DNA of 64,000 nucleotides from Hyalangium minutum. Lineage in GTDB: Bacteria; Myxococcota; Myxococcia; Myxococcales; Myxococcaceae. The stretch covers positions 248,001-312,000 of the forward strand of contig NZ_JMCB01000014.1 in assembly GCF_000737315.1 (NCBI RefSeq), in the 5' to 3' direction. The notes under the pieces are model-generated. The model was given only the letters and a program-made list of their open reading frames with translations. It did no database searches and was not told the origin of the DNA. Position 1 is the first letter of the stretch. Each line of letters opens with the position of its first letter. Shown here piece after piece: positions 56,186-64,000 of this stretch. The translations under genes and the position numbers were made by a program.

Positions 56186-57379
56186 TCACTGGGGGGTCAC
56201 CTTCCACAGCTGCCCCGAGACATTGCCTGTCTTGGCGAGGATGGGGATGTTGTTGGCCTTGCCGTCATTGACGATTTCCAGCGACATGCCATCGCCCTGC
56301 GCCTGGGTCGTCAGCCGGTAGGTGCCGTTGGCCTCCGGAGTCAGCTTCCATCGCTGCTCCGGAACAGCCGCCGAGTTGACGAGGAGGGGGCGATTGCCGG
56401 CGGTGTTGGCCAGGGACAGGCTGGTCCCACGCCACTGGGTCGTCAGTCGGTAGAAGCCGTTGGCCTCCGGAGTCAGCTTCCACATCTGTCCCCAGACATT
56501 GCGTGTCTTGGCGAGGATGGGCACGTTGTTGGCCTTGCCGTCATAGAAGATGTCCAGCGACATGCCATCGCCCTGCGCCTGGGTCGTCAGCCGGTAGTAG
56601 CAGCGGGCATCGAAGGCGGCGGACACCGGCGGCGGGGTGGGTGTCGTGGGCGGGGTGGGTGTCGTGGGCGTGGGCACCTGCCACACCTGCTGGAGCAGCG
56701 CGAGCATGCCCGGGTCGTGCTTGCCCAGCTCTTCATGTGTGAAGGGATAGAAGTCGTTGCGGCCGAAGAGCGCCTCCGAGTTCTCCGCGAAGAACTCCCA
56801 CTCGTCGTTCATGGCATAGGCACGCTGGAACGTGTTGGGCACCCCGGGCCCACGCCAGCGCTCCACGCAGTCGTAGCTCTTGCTTGCAACCGCGCGCGCA
56901 TAGGCAGCCGCGAGGCCGGCGTGCTCGCCGAGCACCTGGTCGTGATAGGCGTGGCTGAGCTCGTGGAGCACGAACAGGGGCATCCGCTTGGATTCCTTCT
57001 CGAAGATGAAGACGTTCGAGAACTCGATGCTCTTCACCATCGCCCGGGTGCGACCATTCTGGATCATCCAGTCCTCGGCAGCATGGTACCGAGCCACCGG
57101 CTCCTCGTTGGGATAGGGCGGCGACAGCCACAGCGTCACCTTGCGGAGCTGAGCCACGGGGCCCGCAGGGACGATCCGGACGATCTCCTTGAGCTGCGCC
57201 GCCAGGATCACCAGGGCCTTGTCCGTCACGGGCTTGTTCGCCGCTGTCAGCAGGCGGTCATCGATGCGAACCGTCCAGCCCTCGAGGGTCTGGGTCTGGT
57301 AGGTGGGAACGGGGCTGGCCGCGGAGGCGACGCAAGCGAATGCCAGGGCGGCCAGGAGGAGCCATTTGGGAGAGTGCAT
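56186..57379 (-). CDS. Secreted zincin metallopeptidase (lethal-factor/ATLF-like) plus ricin-type beta-trefoil
   Basis: Signal peptide; VLHELSHAYHD, YAM.DEWEFFAE.SEA.FG.NDFYPF; PT linker; three YRLTTQ...SL...GQ.WKLTP repeats. Confidence 0.85.
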   Translation of the reverse strand: MHSPKWLLLAALAFACVASAASPVPTYQTQTLEGWTVRIDDRLLTAANKPVTDKALVILAAQLKEIVRIVPAGPVAQLRKVTLWLSPPYPNEEPVARYHAAEDWMIQNGRTRAMVKSIEFSNVFIFEKESKRMPLFVLHELSHAYHDQVLGEHAGLAAAYARAVASKSYDCVERWRGPGVPNTFQRAYAMNDEWEFFAENSEALFGRNDFYPFTHEELGKHDPGMLALLQQVWQVPTPTTPTPPTTPTPPPVSAAFDARCYYRLTTQAQGDGMSLDIFYDGKANNVPILAKTRNVWGQMWKLTPEANGFYRLTTQWRGTSLSLANTAGNRPLLVNSAAVPEQRWKLTPEANGTYRLTTQAQGDGMSLEIVNDGKANNIPILAKTGNVSGQLWKVTPQ

Positions 57380-57477
57380 GCCTCATCCTAATCCCAACCA
57401 AGCGCGTCCGTGGCCGAAGGTGGGGCCCCCTCTGATCCCACGGAGCGCCGTCAAGCCCGCCGCCTCCAAGGCGAGCA

Positions 57478-57498
57478 ACACCTCACGCAGGCGAACAC
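57478..57498 (-). mobile_element. Micro-remnant of IS91-like transposase (VFACVRC)
   Basis: acacctcacgcaggcgaacac is identical to 52414-52434. Confidence 0.5.
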
Positions 57499-57582
57499 GT
57501 TGAGCCTCGTCATCGGCGTGTGACGTAGGGAGCTGGAGGCCTGCCGCCCCCGGGCACGGCCTTCTTCACCTCAGAGTATGTC

Positions 57583-57612
57583 TTGACACGCATATACTCC
57601 ATCGGGCATATA
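57583..57612 (+). promoter_or_regulatory. Probable promoter/operator of the ArsR operon
   Basis: TTGACA at 57583; GCATATA repeated at 57590 and 57606 (ATAT...ATAT imperfect dyad). GTG start at 57619 has no SD. Confidence 0.45.
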
Positions 57613-57618
57613 CCGCTT

Positions 57619-57954
57619 GTGGAATCTGCCTTCGACATCATCGCCGAGCCAAACCGCCGGGCGATCCTGAGCCTGCTGGCCTCCTCGGAGAGGTCCGTGG
57701 GGGAGATTGAACAGCAGCTCCAGATGCCCCAGCCGTCGGTCTCCAAGCACCTGCGCGTGTTGCGCGAGGCGGGCTTCGTCGAGGCGCGCGTCGACGCGCA
57801 GCGCCGCGTCTACCGGATCCGGCCCGAGCCCCTCATGGAGGTGGACGCCTGGCTGGTTCCCTTCCGGCGCTTCTGGTCCGCCCACGTCGATGCACTCGAA
57901 CGCCACCTGGATCGCATGGATCAGTTGCCGCCCAAGAAAGGGAAGAAGCGATGA
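57619..57954 (+). CDS. ArsR/SmtB-family transcriptional regulator
   Basis: AFDIIAEPNRRAILSLL...RSVGE......MPQPSVSKHLRVLREAGFV......QRRVY. Confidence 0.92.
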   Translation: MESAFDIIAEPNRRAILSLLASSERSVGEIEQQLQMPQPSVSKHLRVLREAGFVEARVDAQRRVYRIRPEPLMEVDAWLVPFRRFWSAHVDALERHLDRMDQLPPKKGKKR

Positions 57955-58517
57955 ACCGTCGTGAGAAATACACACCGGGTGCCGCAGCCGGCGCCAAGGT
58001 CCAAAAAGAGGGGGAGAAGTGGACGCTCGTGCTCGTCCGAGACCTCCGCCACCCTCCTGCCAAGGTCTGGGAGGCGATCACGGACCCCGAGCACCTCCGC
58101 GAATGGGCTCCGTTCGATTCGGACCGGAGCCTCGGGGCCGTGGGCACCGCCAGGCTCTCGACCGTGGGGGCGCCAACGCCGATGGTCTCCGAGACCCAGG
58201 TGAAGCGGGCCGATGCGCCCAAGCTGCTGGAGTACAGCTGGGGGGGACAGGACATCCGCTGGGAGCTGGAGCCGCTGGCAGGCCAAGGCACCCGGCTCAC
58301 GCTCTGGCACAACATTGATCGCCGCTTCATTGCGATGGGCGCTGCGGGCTGGCACATCTGCCTCGACGTGCTCGATGGGCTCCTCGCAGGCGAGCCCATC
58401 GGCCGCCTCGTCGCCGCCGACGCCCTGAAGTTCGACGGCTGGCAGCGATTGCACGCCGAGTACGCCCAGCAGTTCGGCGTTGAGACTCCTGGTTTTCCCC
58501 CTCTCCCGCGGACCTGA
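57951..58517 (+). CDS. SRPBCC/AHSA1-family protein
   Basis: LVRDLRHPPAKVWEAITDPEHLREWAPF, LLEYSWG, GWHICLD. ATGA overlap with ArsR. Confidence 0.9.
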   Translation: MNRREKYTPGAAAGAKVQKEGEKWTLVLVRDLRHPPAKVWEAITDPEHLREWAPFDSDRSLGAVGTARLSTVGAPTPMVSETQVKRADAPKLLEYSWGGQDIRWELEPLAGQGTRLTLWHNIDRRFIAMGAAGWHICLDVLDGLLAGEPIGRLVAADALKFDGWQRLHAEYAQQFGVETPGFPPLPRT

Positions 58518-58519
58518 AC

Positions 58520-58921
58520 ATGCCCCGCTCCAAAGGAATGGTCATCGGCTTCTGGATCGCCACCGCGCTCTTCTGCCTGCAGATAGGCTTCACCGCCTAT
58601 GCGCAGTTGCAACTGCCGCAGGTGGCGGAGGCGTTCACCCACCTCGGCTTCCCCGCATACTTCCGGGTGGAGCTCTCGTGGGCCAAGTTCCTCGGCGTGG
58701 CGCTGCTGCTTGCACCAGTGTCGGCGCGGCTCAAGGAGTGGGCCTACGCCGGCTTCGCCATCACCCTCGTCTCCGCGCTCGTTGCCCACTTCTCGGTGGG
58801 CGATGGCCCGCAGGCGTGGGGCTGGGCAGCGGCCACCGGCGTGCTCTGGGGGCTCTCGTACTTCCTCTGGCGCCGCATCCAGGCCACGCCGGCGAGCGTG
58901 CCTGGCCGCGCGGCCGCCTGA
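58520..58921 (+). CDS. DoxX-like membrane protein
   Basis: [31 protein letters not shown]. Confidence 0.88.
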   Translation: MPRSKGMVIGFWIATALFCLQIGFTAYAQLQLPQVAEAFTHLGFPAYFRVELSWAKFLGVALLLAPVSARLKEWAYAGFAITLVSALVAHFSVGDGPQAWGWAAATGVLWGLSYFLWRRIQATPASVPGRAAA

Positions 58922-61900
58922 GAGAAGCTCCACGCGACACGGCCGGTTCGACGTGGACCTGTCGCTCGCAGCGGTCGAGGCCTCCTTTGGCCTGAGTCCA
59001 GGGACTGGGCCCATGCACTGCGTGACTCGTTGCTCGCGAACACGACAGGCGTGCGCCGGCACTGACGGGAGCCCAGCGGGTTGCGCGGATTGCGCAGAGA
59101 TAAGGCCAGGAGCACCAAGGCCCAGGTGGCGGGGAGCGCGGGGGCAGTGGTGCACCCCTCCCAGCCGTAATGGCTCTGCTGAGGAAGGTTGAAACGAGAC
59201 TGGGAGATGGTGCTGGTATTGCCCGCCGCATCGATGGCGATGGCGGAGAGGGTGTGGTCCCTGAACGCCAACGGGGTGGTCAGCATGGAGTGCCAAGTGC
59301 CATCAGCGCCCGCGCTGGCCGTCGCGGCCTGCGACTCATCATCATCCAGCCAGAATTTCACCGTGCTGCCCGCCTCTGCAGTGCCGCCAATGCTGGGGGT
59401 GGGGGTATCGACGAAGGCTGCAGGCTCAATCACAGCGGGCGCGGCTGGCGGCACGGTGTCGACTGTGAAGGATCGGCTTGAAGTGGAGCTGATATGACCG
59501 ACCATGTCCGTGGCGAAGGTCCTGGCTGAGTAGACTCCGTCGTTGATCGCAGTGCTCAGAGTGAAACTCCAGGCCCCTGTCACGTCTGCCTTCACGGTGC
59601 CGAAAGTCATATCATCCAGAGACACCGTAATCGTGCTCCCAGTCTCAGCCTTGCCGCTAATCGTGAGTCTGGATGTAGAGACGAAGTTCCCGGGCGAAGT
59701 CATCACGGGCGCTGGTGGAGGAGTGGTGTCGACCGTGAAACAGAGTGCCTCGGAGCCAGGGCTGAGATTGCCTGCTTTGTCCCGGGCGGCGGTCGTGATC
59801 AGGTAGGCAGCATCGGGCAAAACCGTGCCCGGGGTGAATCTCCAACTCCCCGTTGCATCCGCCACGGTGGTGCCTGCCATGCTCCCACCGAGCCACACGG
59901 TGACTTGGCTCTCCGCCTCCGCCGTGCCCTCGATGACGGGCAGACCGTTGTTGAAGCCTGCGGGCGGAAGCGTTACCACGGGCGCTCGAGGGGGCACGGT
60001 GTCGACCGTGAAGAAGGAGCTGTTCAAGGCTGGGGGACTGAGATTGCCCGCCGCATCGGTGGCGGTGACTCTGAACAGGTGGAGTCCATTGACGAGTGCT
60101 GGAGGGGTGAAACTCCAAGCTCCCAGGGTATCCACCGGGACGGTGCCTCTCGTCTTGTCTGCATCCAGCGACACCGTGACGGTGGTGCCGGGCTCGGCCG
60201 TACCTGCAATAACAGGGGTGAGTGTGTTAGTGAATGCTCCTGGCGCGGTGATCACGGGTGTTTCTGGCGGGAGGGTGTCCACCGTGAAACGGTGTTCCTC
60301 GCAGTCAGGACCGATGTTGCCTATCGCATCGATTTCGAAGGCCGAGACGCTGTGCGGGCCCTCCGCCAATGCGCTGGCTGGGGTGACACTCCAAAGGCCC
60401 TGTGAGTCGGCCTGAACTGTGCCTGCAAGGCTTCCGTCCAGCCGCACGTCCACCGTGTTATCGGGCCTCGCGGTGCCGCTGATGGTGGGCTTCGAGGTAT
60501 TGGCCCAGGAAATAGGTGAGGTAATGGCAGGCGCTGAAGGAGCAGGCCCCGTGATGAGCACCAACTGCCCACCGTGGATGCCATTGGCCGTCACGGAGAG
60601 GATGTAATGGCCATTCGCAACCCAGGGTGTCCGGAAGGATATTTCCGTGTCAGAGAATAAGTCCAAAGCCTGGATACGCGTCAGCTTTCCTCCTTCCAGC
60701 GCGATAAGGCTGGCGACGGGCGCGTTCGTGGCAGAACTCTGGGTATTACCGCTGCTGGCCTCCGAGAGGCCTCGCAAGAGGCTCCCACTGATACGGAATT
60801 CCTCGCCCGGATGTTGCTCGGCGAGCGGGGTAATGACAGGGCGCCATTCCTGGCGAGCTCCCGTGTCTTCATACACCTCCGCGCTGGCCAGGGAAGGGCC
60901 CCAGCTATACCCCCCGGTGACGAGGACTTTTCCGGAGGGCAACAGGGTCGCCGTGTGGAGATAGCGAGCGGAGGCCATGGAGGTGGTGGAGTTCCAGGCG
61001 CCCGTGGCCGGGTCGTACACCTCCGCGCTGGCGGGGCCGCTGCCTCCTGTGACGAGGACCTTTCCGGAGGGCAACAAGGTCGCCGTATGGCGATAGCGAG
61101 CGGAGGACATGGAGATGGTGGAACTCCAGGTGCCCGTGGCCGGGTCGTACACCTCCGCGCTGGCGGGGCGGTGGGTGGGGTCACTGCCTCCTGTGACGAG
61201 GACCTTTCCGGAGGGCAACAAGGTCGCCGTGTGGAACTCGCGCGTGGAGGCCATGGAGGTGGTGGAACTCCAGGCGCCCGTGGTCGGGTCGTACACCTCC
61301 GCGCTCGCCAGAGGGATGTTGTCGTTATCTCCCCCGGTGACGAGGACTTTTCCGGAGGGCAACAGGGTCGCCGTGTGGCTAGAGCGAGCGGAGGCCATGG
61401 AGGTGGTGGAACGCCAGGTGCCCGTGGCCGGGTCGTACACCTCCGCGCTGGCCAGGGTGCTGTTGTCACGAAAGCCCCCGGTGACGAGGACTTTTCCGGA
61501 GGGCAACAGGGTCGCCGTGTGGCGACAGCGAGCAGAGGCCAAGGAGGCAGTGGAACTCCAGATGCCCGTGGCCGGGTCGTACACCTCCGCGCTCGCCAAG
61601 TATGAGGTGGCGCCATAGCCCCCGGTGACGAGGACCTTTCCAGAGGGCAACAGGGTCGCCGTGTGGTGAGAGCGAGCAGAGGCCATGGAGGCGGTGGAAC
61701 TCCAGACGCCCGTGGCCGGGTCGTACACCTCCGCGCTGACCGGGAAACCGTACCCGGTGACGAGGACCTTTCCGGAGGGCAACAGGGTCGCCGTGTGGAA
61801 CTCGCGCGTGGAGGCCATGGAGGTGGTGGAACTCCAGGCGCCCGTGGCCGGGGCGTGCACCTCCGCGGTTGCCCAGAGGCCATTGCCGCCATATCCCCCG

Positions 61901-63078
61901 GTGACGAGAACTCCTCCGGAAGGCAACAGGGTCGCCGTGTGAAACTCGCGCGTGGAGGCCATGGAGGTGGTGGAACTCCAGGTGCCCGTGACCGGGTCGT
62001 ACACCTCCGCGCTGGCCAGGGTGCCGTCGCTGCCAATCCCCCCGGTGACGAAAACCCCTCCAGAGGGCAACAGGGTTGCCGTGTGGCCATAGCGAGCGGA
62101 GGCCATGGAGGTGGTGGAACGCCAGGTGCCTGTGGCCGGGTCGTACACCTCCGCGCTGGCCAGAGGGCTGTTGCCAAATCTCCCTCCGGTGACGAGGACC
62201 TTTCCGGAGGGCAACAGGGTCGCCGTGTGGCCATAGCGAGCGGAGGCCATGGAGGTGATGGAACTCCAGGTGCCCGTGGCCGGGTCGTACACCTCCGCGC
62301 TGGCTATAGGGCTGTTGTCGATATCTCCCCCGGTGACGAGGACTTTTCCGGAGGGCAACAGGGTCGCCGTGTGGCGACAGCGAGCAGAGGCCAAGGAGGC
62401 AGTGGAACTCCAGGTGCCTGTGGCCGGGTCGTACACCTCCGCGCTGGCCAAGCAGGAGGTGGCGTCATAGCCCCCGGTGACGAGGACCTTTCCGGAGGGC
62501 AACAGGGTCACCGTGTGGTGAGAGCGAGCAAAGGCCATGGAGGCGGTGGAATTCCAGGTGCCCGTGGCTGGGTCGTACACCTCCGCGCTGGCCAGGGTGT
62601 TGTAGACAAATCCCCCTCCGGTGACGAGGACCTTCCCGGAGGGCAATACGGTCGCCGTGTGGAACTCGCGTATGGCGGCCATGGAGGCGGTGGAACTCCA
62701 GACGCCCGTGGCCGGGTCGTACACCTCTGCGCTGGCCAGGTTGGCGATGCTGCCATATCCCCCGGTGATGAGGACTTTTCCGGATGGTAACAGGGTCGCC
62801 GTGTGGCCATAGCGAGCGGAGGCCATATCCCCCGTGTAATTCCACTGTCCAGAGGAGAGCGCCTGTGCCTGCAGATGCCTCGGAGGCAGCACTTGACCTC
62901 CAGCCTGCGGTGCCTCACTGCAAGCAAGCCACAGCCATACCGAGGCCAGGGCAAGCCACGCCACGTGCTTCAGTTCGGAACGAGGTGAGGCGAGCAAAGC
63001 GGGCGGCCTGGAACGAGAGAGGGAACTGCGGTTGCTGCTGAAACCTGAGCCGCGGGGAGGGGAGGGAAAATCGGTCAC
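58744..63078 (-). CDS. Large lipoprotein/surface protein: 14 Kelch repeats, Ig-like repeats, MYXO-CTERM-like TM; apparent loss of the native stop
   Basis: WLWLAC lipobox; 14 x [25 protein letters not shown]...[10 protein letters not shown] (60860-62844); five DT.PP.AP Ig units; SHYGW.GC...WALVLLAL near 59110-59175; then about 110 non-homologous codons. Confidence 0.9.
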   Translation of the reverse strand: MTDFPSPPRGSGFSSNRSSLSRSRPPALLASPRSELKHVAWLALASVWLWLACSEAPQAGGQVLPPRHLQAQALSSGQWNYTGDMASARYGHTATLLPSGKVLITGGYGSIANLASAEVYDPATGVWSSTASMAAIREFHTATVLPSGKVLVTGGGFVYNTLASAEVYDPATGTWNSTASMAFARSHHTVTLLPSGKVLVTGGYDATSCLASAEVYDPATGTWSSTASLASARCRHTATLLPSGKVLVTGGDIDNSPIASAEVYDPATGTWSSITSMASARYGHTATLLPSGKVLVTGGRFGNSPLASAEVYDPATGTWRSTTSMASARYGHTATLLPSGGVFVTGGIGSDGTLASAEVYDPVTGTWSSTTSMASTREFHTATLLPSGGVLVTGGYGGNGLWATAEVHAPATGAWSSTTSMASTREFHTATLLPSGKVLVTGYGFPVSAEVYDPATGVWSSTASMASARSHHTATLLPSGKVLVTGGYGATSYLASAEVYDPATGIWSSTASLASARCRHTATLLPSGKVLVTGGFRDNSTLASAEVYDPATGTWRSTTSMASARSSHTATLLPSGKVLVTGGDNDNIPLASAEVYDPTTGAWSSTTSMASTREFHTATLLPSGKVLVTGGSDPTHRPASAEVYDPATGTWSSTISMSSARYRHTATLLPSGKVLVTGGSGPASAEVYDPATGAWNSTTSMASARYLHTATLLPSGKVLVTGGYSWGPSLASAEVYEDTGARQEWRPVITPLAEQHPGEEFRISGSLLRGLSEASSGNTQSSATNAPVASLIALEGGKLTRIQALDLFSDTEISFRTPWVANGHYILSVTANGIHGGQLVLITGPAPSAPAITSPISWANTSKPTISGTARPDNTVDVRLDGSLAGTVQADSQGLWSVTPASALAEGPHSVSAFEIDAIGNIGPDCEEHRFTVDTLPPETPVITAPGAFTNTLTPVIAGTAEPGTTVTVSLDADKTRGTVPVDTLGAWSFTPPALVNGLHLFRVTATDAAGNLSPPALNSSFFTVDTVPPRAPVVTLPPAGFNNGLPVIEGTAEAESQVTVWLGGSMAGTTVADATGSWRFTPGTVLPDAAYLITTAARDKAGNLSPGSEALCFTVDTTPPPAPVMTSPGNFVSTSRLTISGKAETGSTITVSLDDMTFGTVKADVTGAWSFTLSTAINDGVYSARTFATDMVGHISSTSSRSFTVDTVPPAAPAVIEPAAFVDTPTPSIGGTAEAGSTVKFWLDDDESQAATASAGADGTWHSMLTTPLAFRDHTLSAIAIDAAGNTSTISQSRFNLPQQSHYGWEGCTTAPALPATWALVLLALSLRNPRNPLGSRQCRRTPVVFASNESRSAWAQSLDSGQRRPRPLRATGPRRTGRVAWSFSQAAARPGTLAGVAWMRRQRKYESPQSTPVAAAQPHACGPSPTEKWATSAETRVMAKPA

Positions 63079-63242
63079 GGGAGTCCGCTAAAAGCCAGAG
63101 GGCGAGTTCATCCTCCGTGAATGCAAGCGATGGACCTGGGGTGCCCATGCTCCGCGAACAGCAGTTCGGGGCTTATCGGCTCGGCACTGGGCGCCAGGGG
63201 ATCCCCCGCTTCGGGCTGGGCTCGGAGGCGCCCGGACACAAC

Positions 63243-63305
63243 TGACGCGCCAATTGACGCGCCAGCGCGCTCGTTGACGCGCCAGCGCGCTCGTTGACGC
63301 GTCAA
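63243..63305. repeat. Array of four TGACGCG(C/T)CA boxes (two exact 20-bp tandem units) ending in palindrome TTGACGCGTCAA
   Basis: Boxes at 63243, 63255, 63275 and 63295; palindrome at 63294-63305; about 165 bp upstream of the Kelch gene. Confidence 0.75.
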
Positions 63306-63399
63306 CCGCTCGGAGTCTCGGAGGTGCGAGAGCCTTGAGACATGCGCCGCTGCAGGTGGGGGGCCAGATGCCTCAACGTTAAGACACGGGGTCCGCGCC

Positions 63400-63545
63400 G
63401 AGTACCTCCAGGCTTGGCTTCCGTCCACCTACTCGTGAGGGAGTCTACGGGAGCCTCACAGCCAGGACTCGCGAACACGTCCAACGCCAAGGTGCGACGC
63501 AGCAACCCCGCCCCATCCAGCCCAGGCTTGCGCCCCTTCTTCGAG
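63400..63545 (-). mobile_element. Degenerate IS91-like transposase C-terminal remnant
   Basis: GLDGAGLLRRTLALDVFA matches RVDWAELLSRTFDFEVFA at 52430-52490. Confidence 0.5.
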
Positions 63546-63821
63546 CTGACGCCGAGCCCGGACATCCAGGGGGACTGGTCCCCGGCACCGGCCACCATCG
63601 AGGTCAACGGCGTGGCGGCCGCCGGCTCGCTATTGATGGACACCGGCGTCCCCTCCATGTTCCTCAGGCCACCGGAGGACACTTCGCAGGTGCCCCCCAA
63701 GCCCGTCCTCGTGCCCGCTCAGCCCGTCCCCAATGGCACCGAGGAGTGGACGCGTGGAGCCAAGGCGGAGTTCAGTGGCGTGGTACCCAGCAAGTAGTTC
63801 AGCCCTGAGGAGCGAGGACTC

Positions 63822-64000
63822 CTACCGATAGACCTCGATGTAGTCGAGCTCTGTGAACTGGGCCCCTTTCGTGAAACGGATCGTGTTGGTGCCCGCGTTG
63901 AGGTTCACGGTGGTGGTGGCCGCCGTCCAGACATCGACGCCATTGTTGGCATAGCTCTGGCTGAAGGAAGCGCCTCCATTGACCGAGATGTTGTGGCTGC
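63822..64000 (-). CDS. 3' end of a CDS with a CBM6/CBM35-like carbohydrate-binding module (partial)
   Basis: SHNISVNGGASFSQSY...WTAATTTVNLNAGTNTIRFTKGAQFTELDYIEVYR-stop. Confidence 0.75.
   Translation of the reverse strand, partial: SHNISVNGGASFSQSYANNGVDVWTAATTTVNLNAGTNTIRFTKGAQFTELDYIEVYR

Noticed and set aside
57456-57468. Third tmRNA-end-like match CCCGCCGCCTCCA
   Set aside because: Only 13 bp, GC-rich, and lacks the T-loop. Plausible by chance.
58744-63078. Diversity-generating retroelement acting on the Kelch or FG-GAP repeats
   Set aside because: No reverse transcriptase and no non-coding template repeat in the window. Differences between repeats are not evidently adenine-specific.
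63545-63797. Aspartic-protease gene (LLMDTGV motif)
   Set aside because: A short DTG-containing fragment with no start, fused to the IS remnant. Too little sequence to call.

Overview
High-GC myxobacterial (Cystobacter/Archangium-like, inferred from the gene families) accessory region with about 50 intact CDSs and many decayed fragments. It holds no rRNA, no canonical tRNA and no CRISPR-cas. Content: (i) secreted, lipoprotein and lectin-type proteins (PG-binding hydrolase, PKD lipoprotein, C-type lectin, TPR-CHAT protease, M57-like metalloprotease with six 51-aa repeats, C1q+fibrinogen-like protein, OAA+ricin lectin, zincin+ricin, 14-blade Kelch/Ig protein, OmpA + Cys-rich adhesin pair); (ii) enzymes (two amidohydrolases, SGNH esterase, fungal Hom3-like aspartokinase, 2OG-Fe oxygenase, PQQ dehydrogenase, M20 carbamoylase, TPR-sirtuin, PHM-like Cu monooxygenase); (iii) signalling (DUF2381/Ser-Thr kinase module, FixLJ-like pair, two histidine kinases, ArsR-SRPBCC-DoxX); (iv) mobile DNA. 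The mobile DNA comprises one complete IS1380 (26605-28257, CTAG target duplication) splitting the C1q-fibrinogen gene, and several co-oriented IS91-like rolling-circle transposase remnants. Two of these remnants bracket a ~3.2-kb segment of captured genes and gene fragments (14155-17400). A tRNA-sized cloverleaf at 51848-51921 has its 3' 22 bp repeated exactly at 24183-24204, like an att site. Family names come from motif recognition only; no database searches were run.
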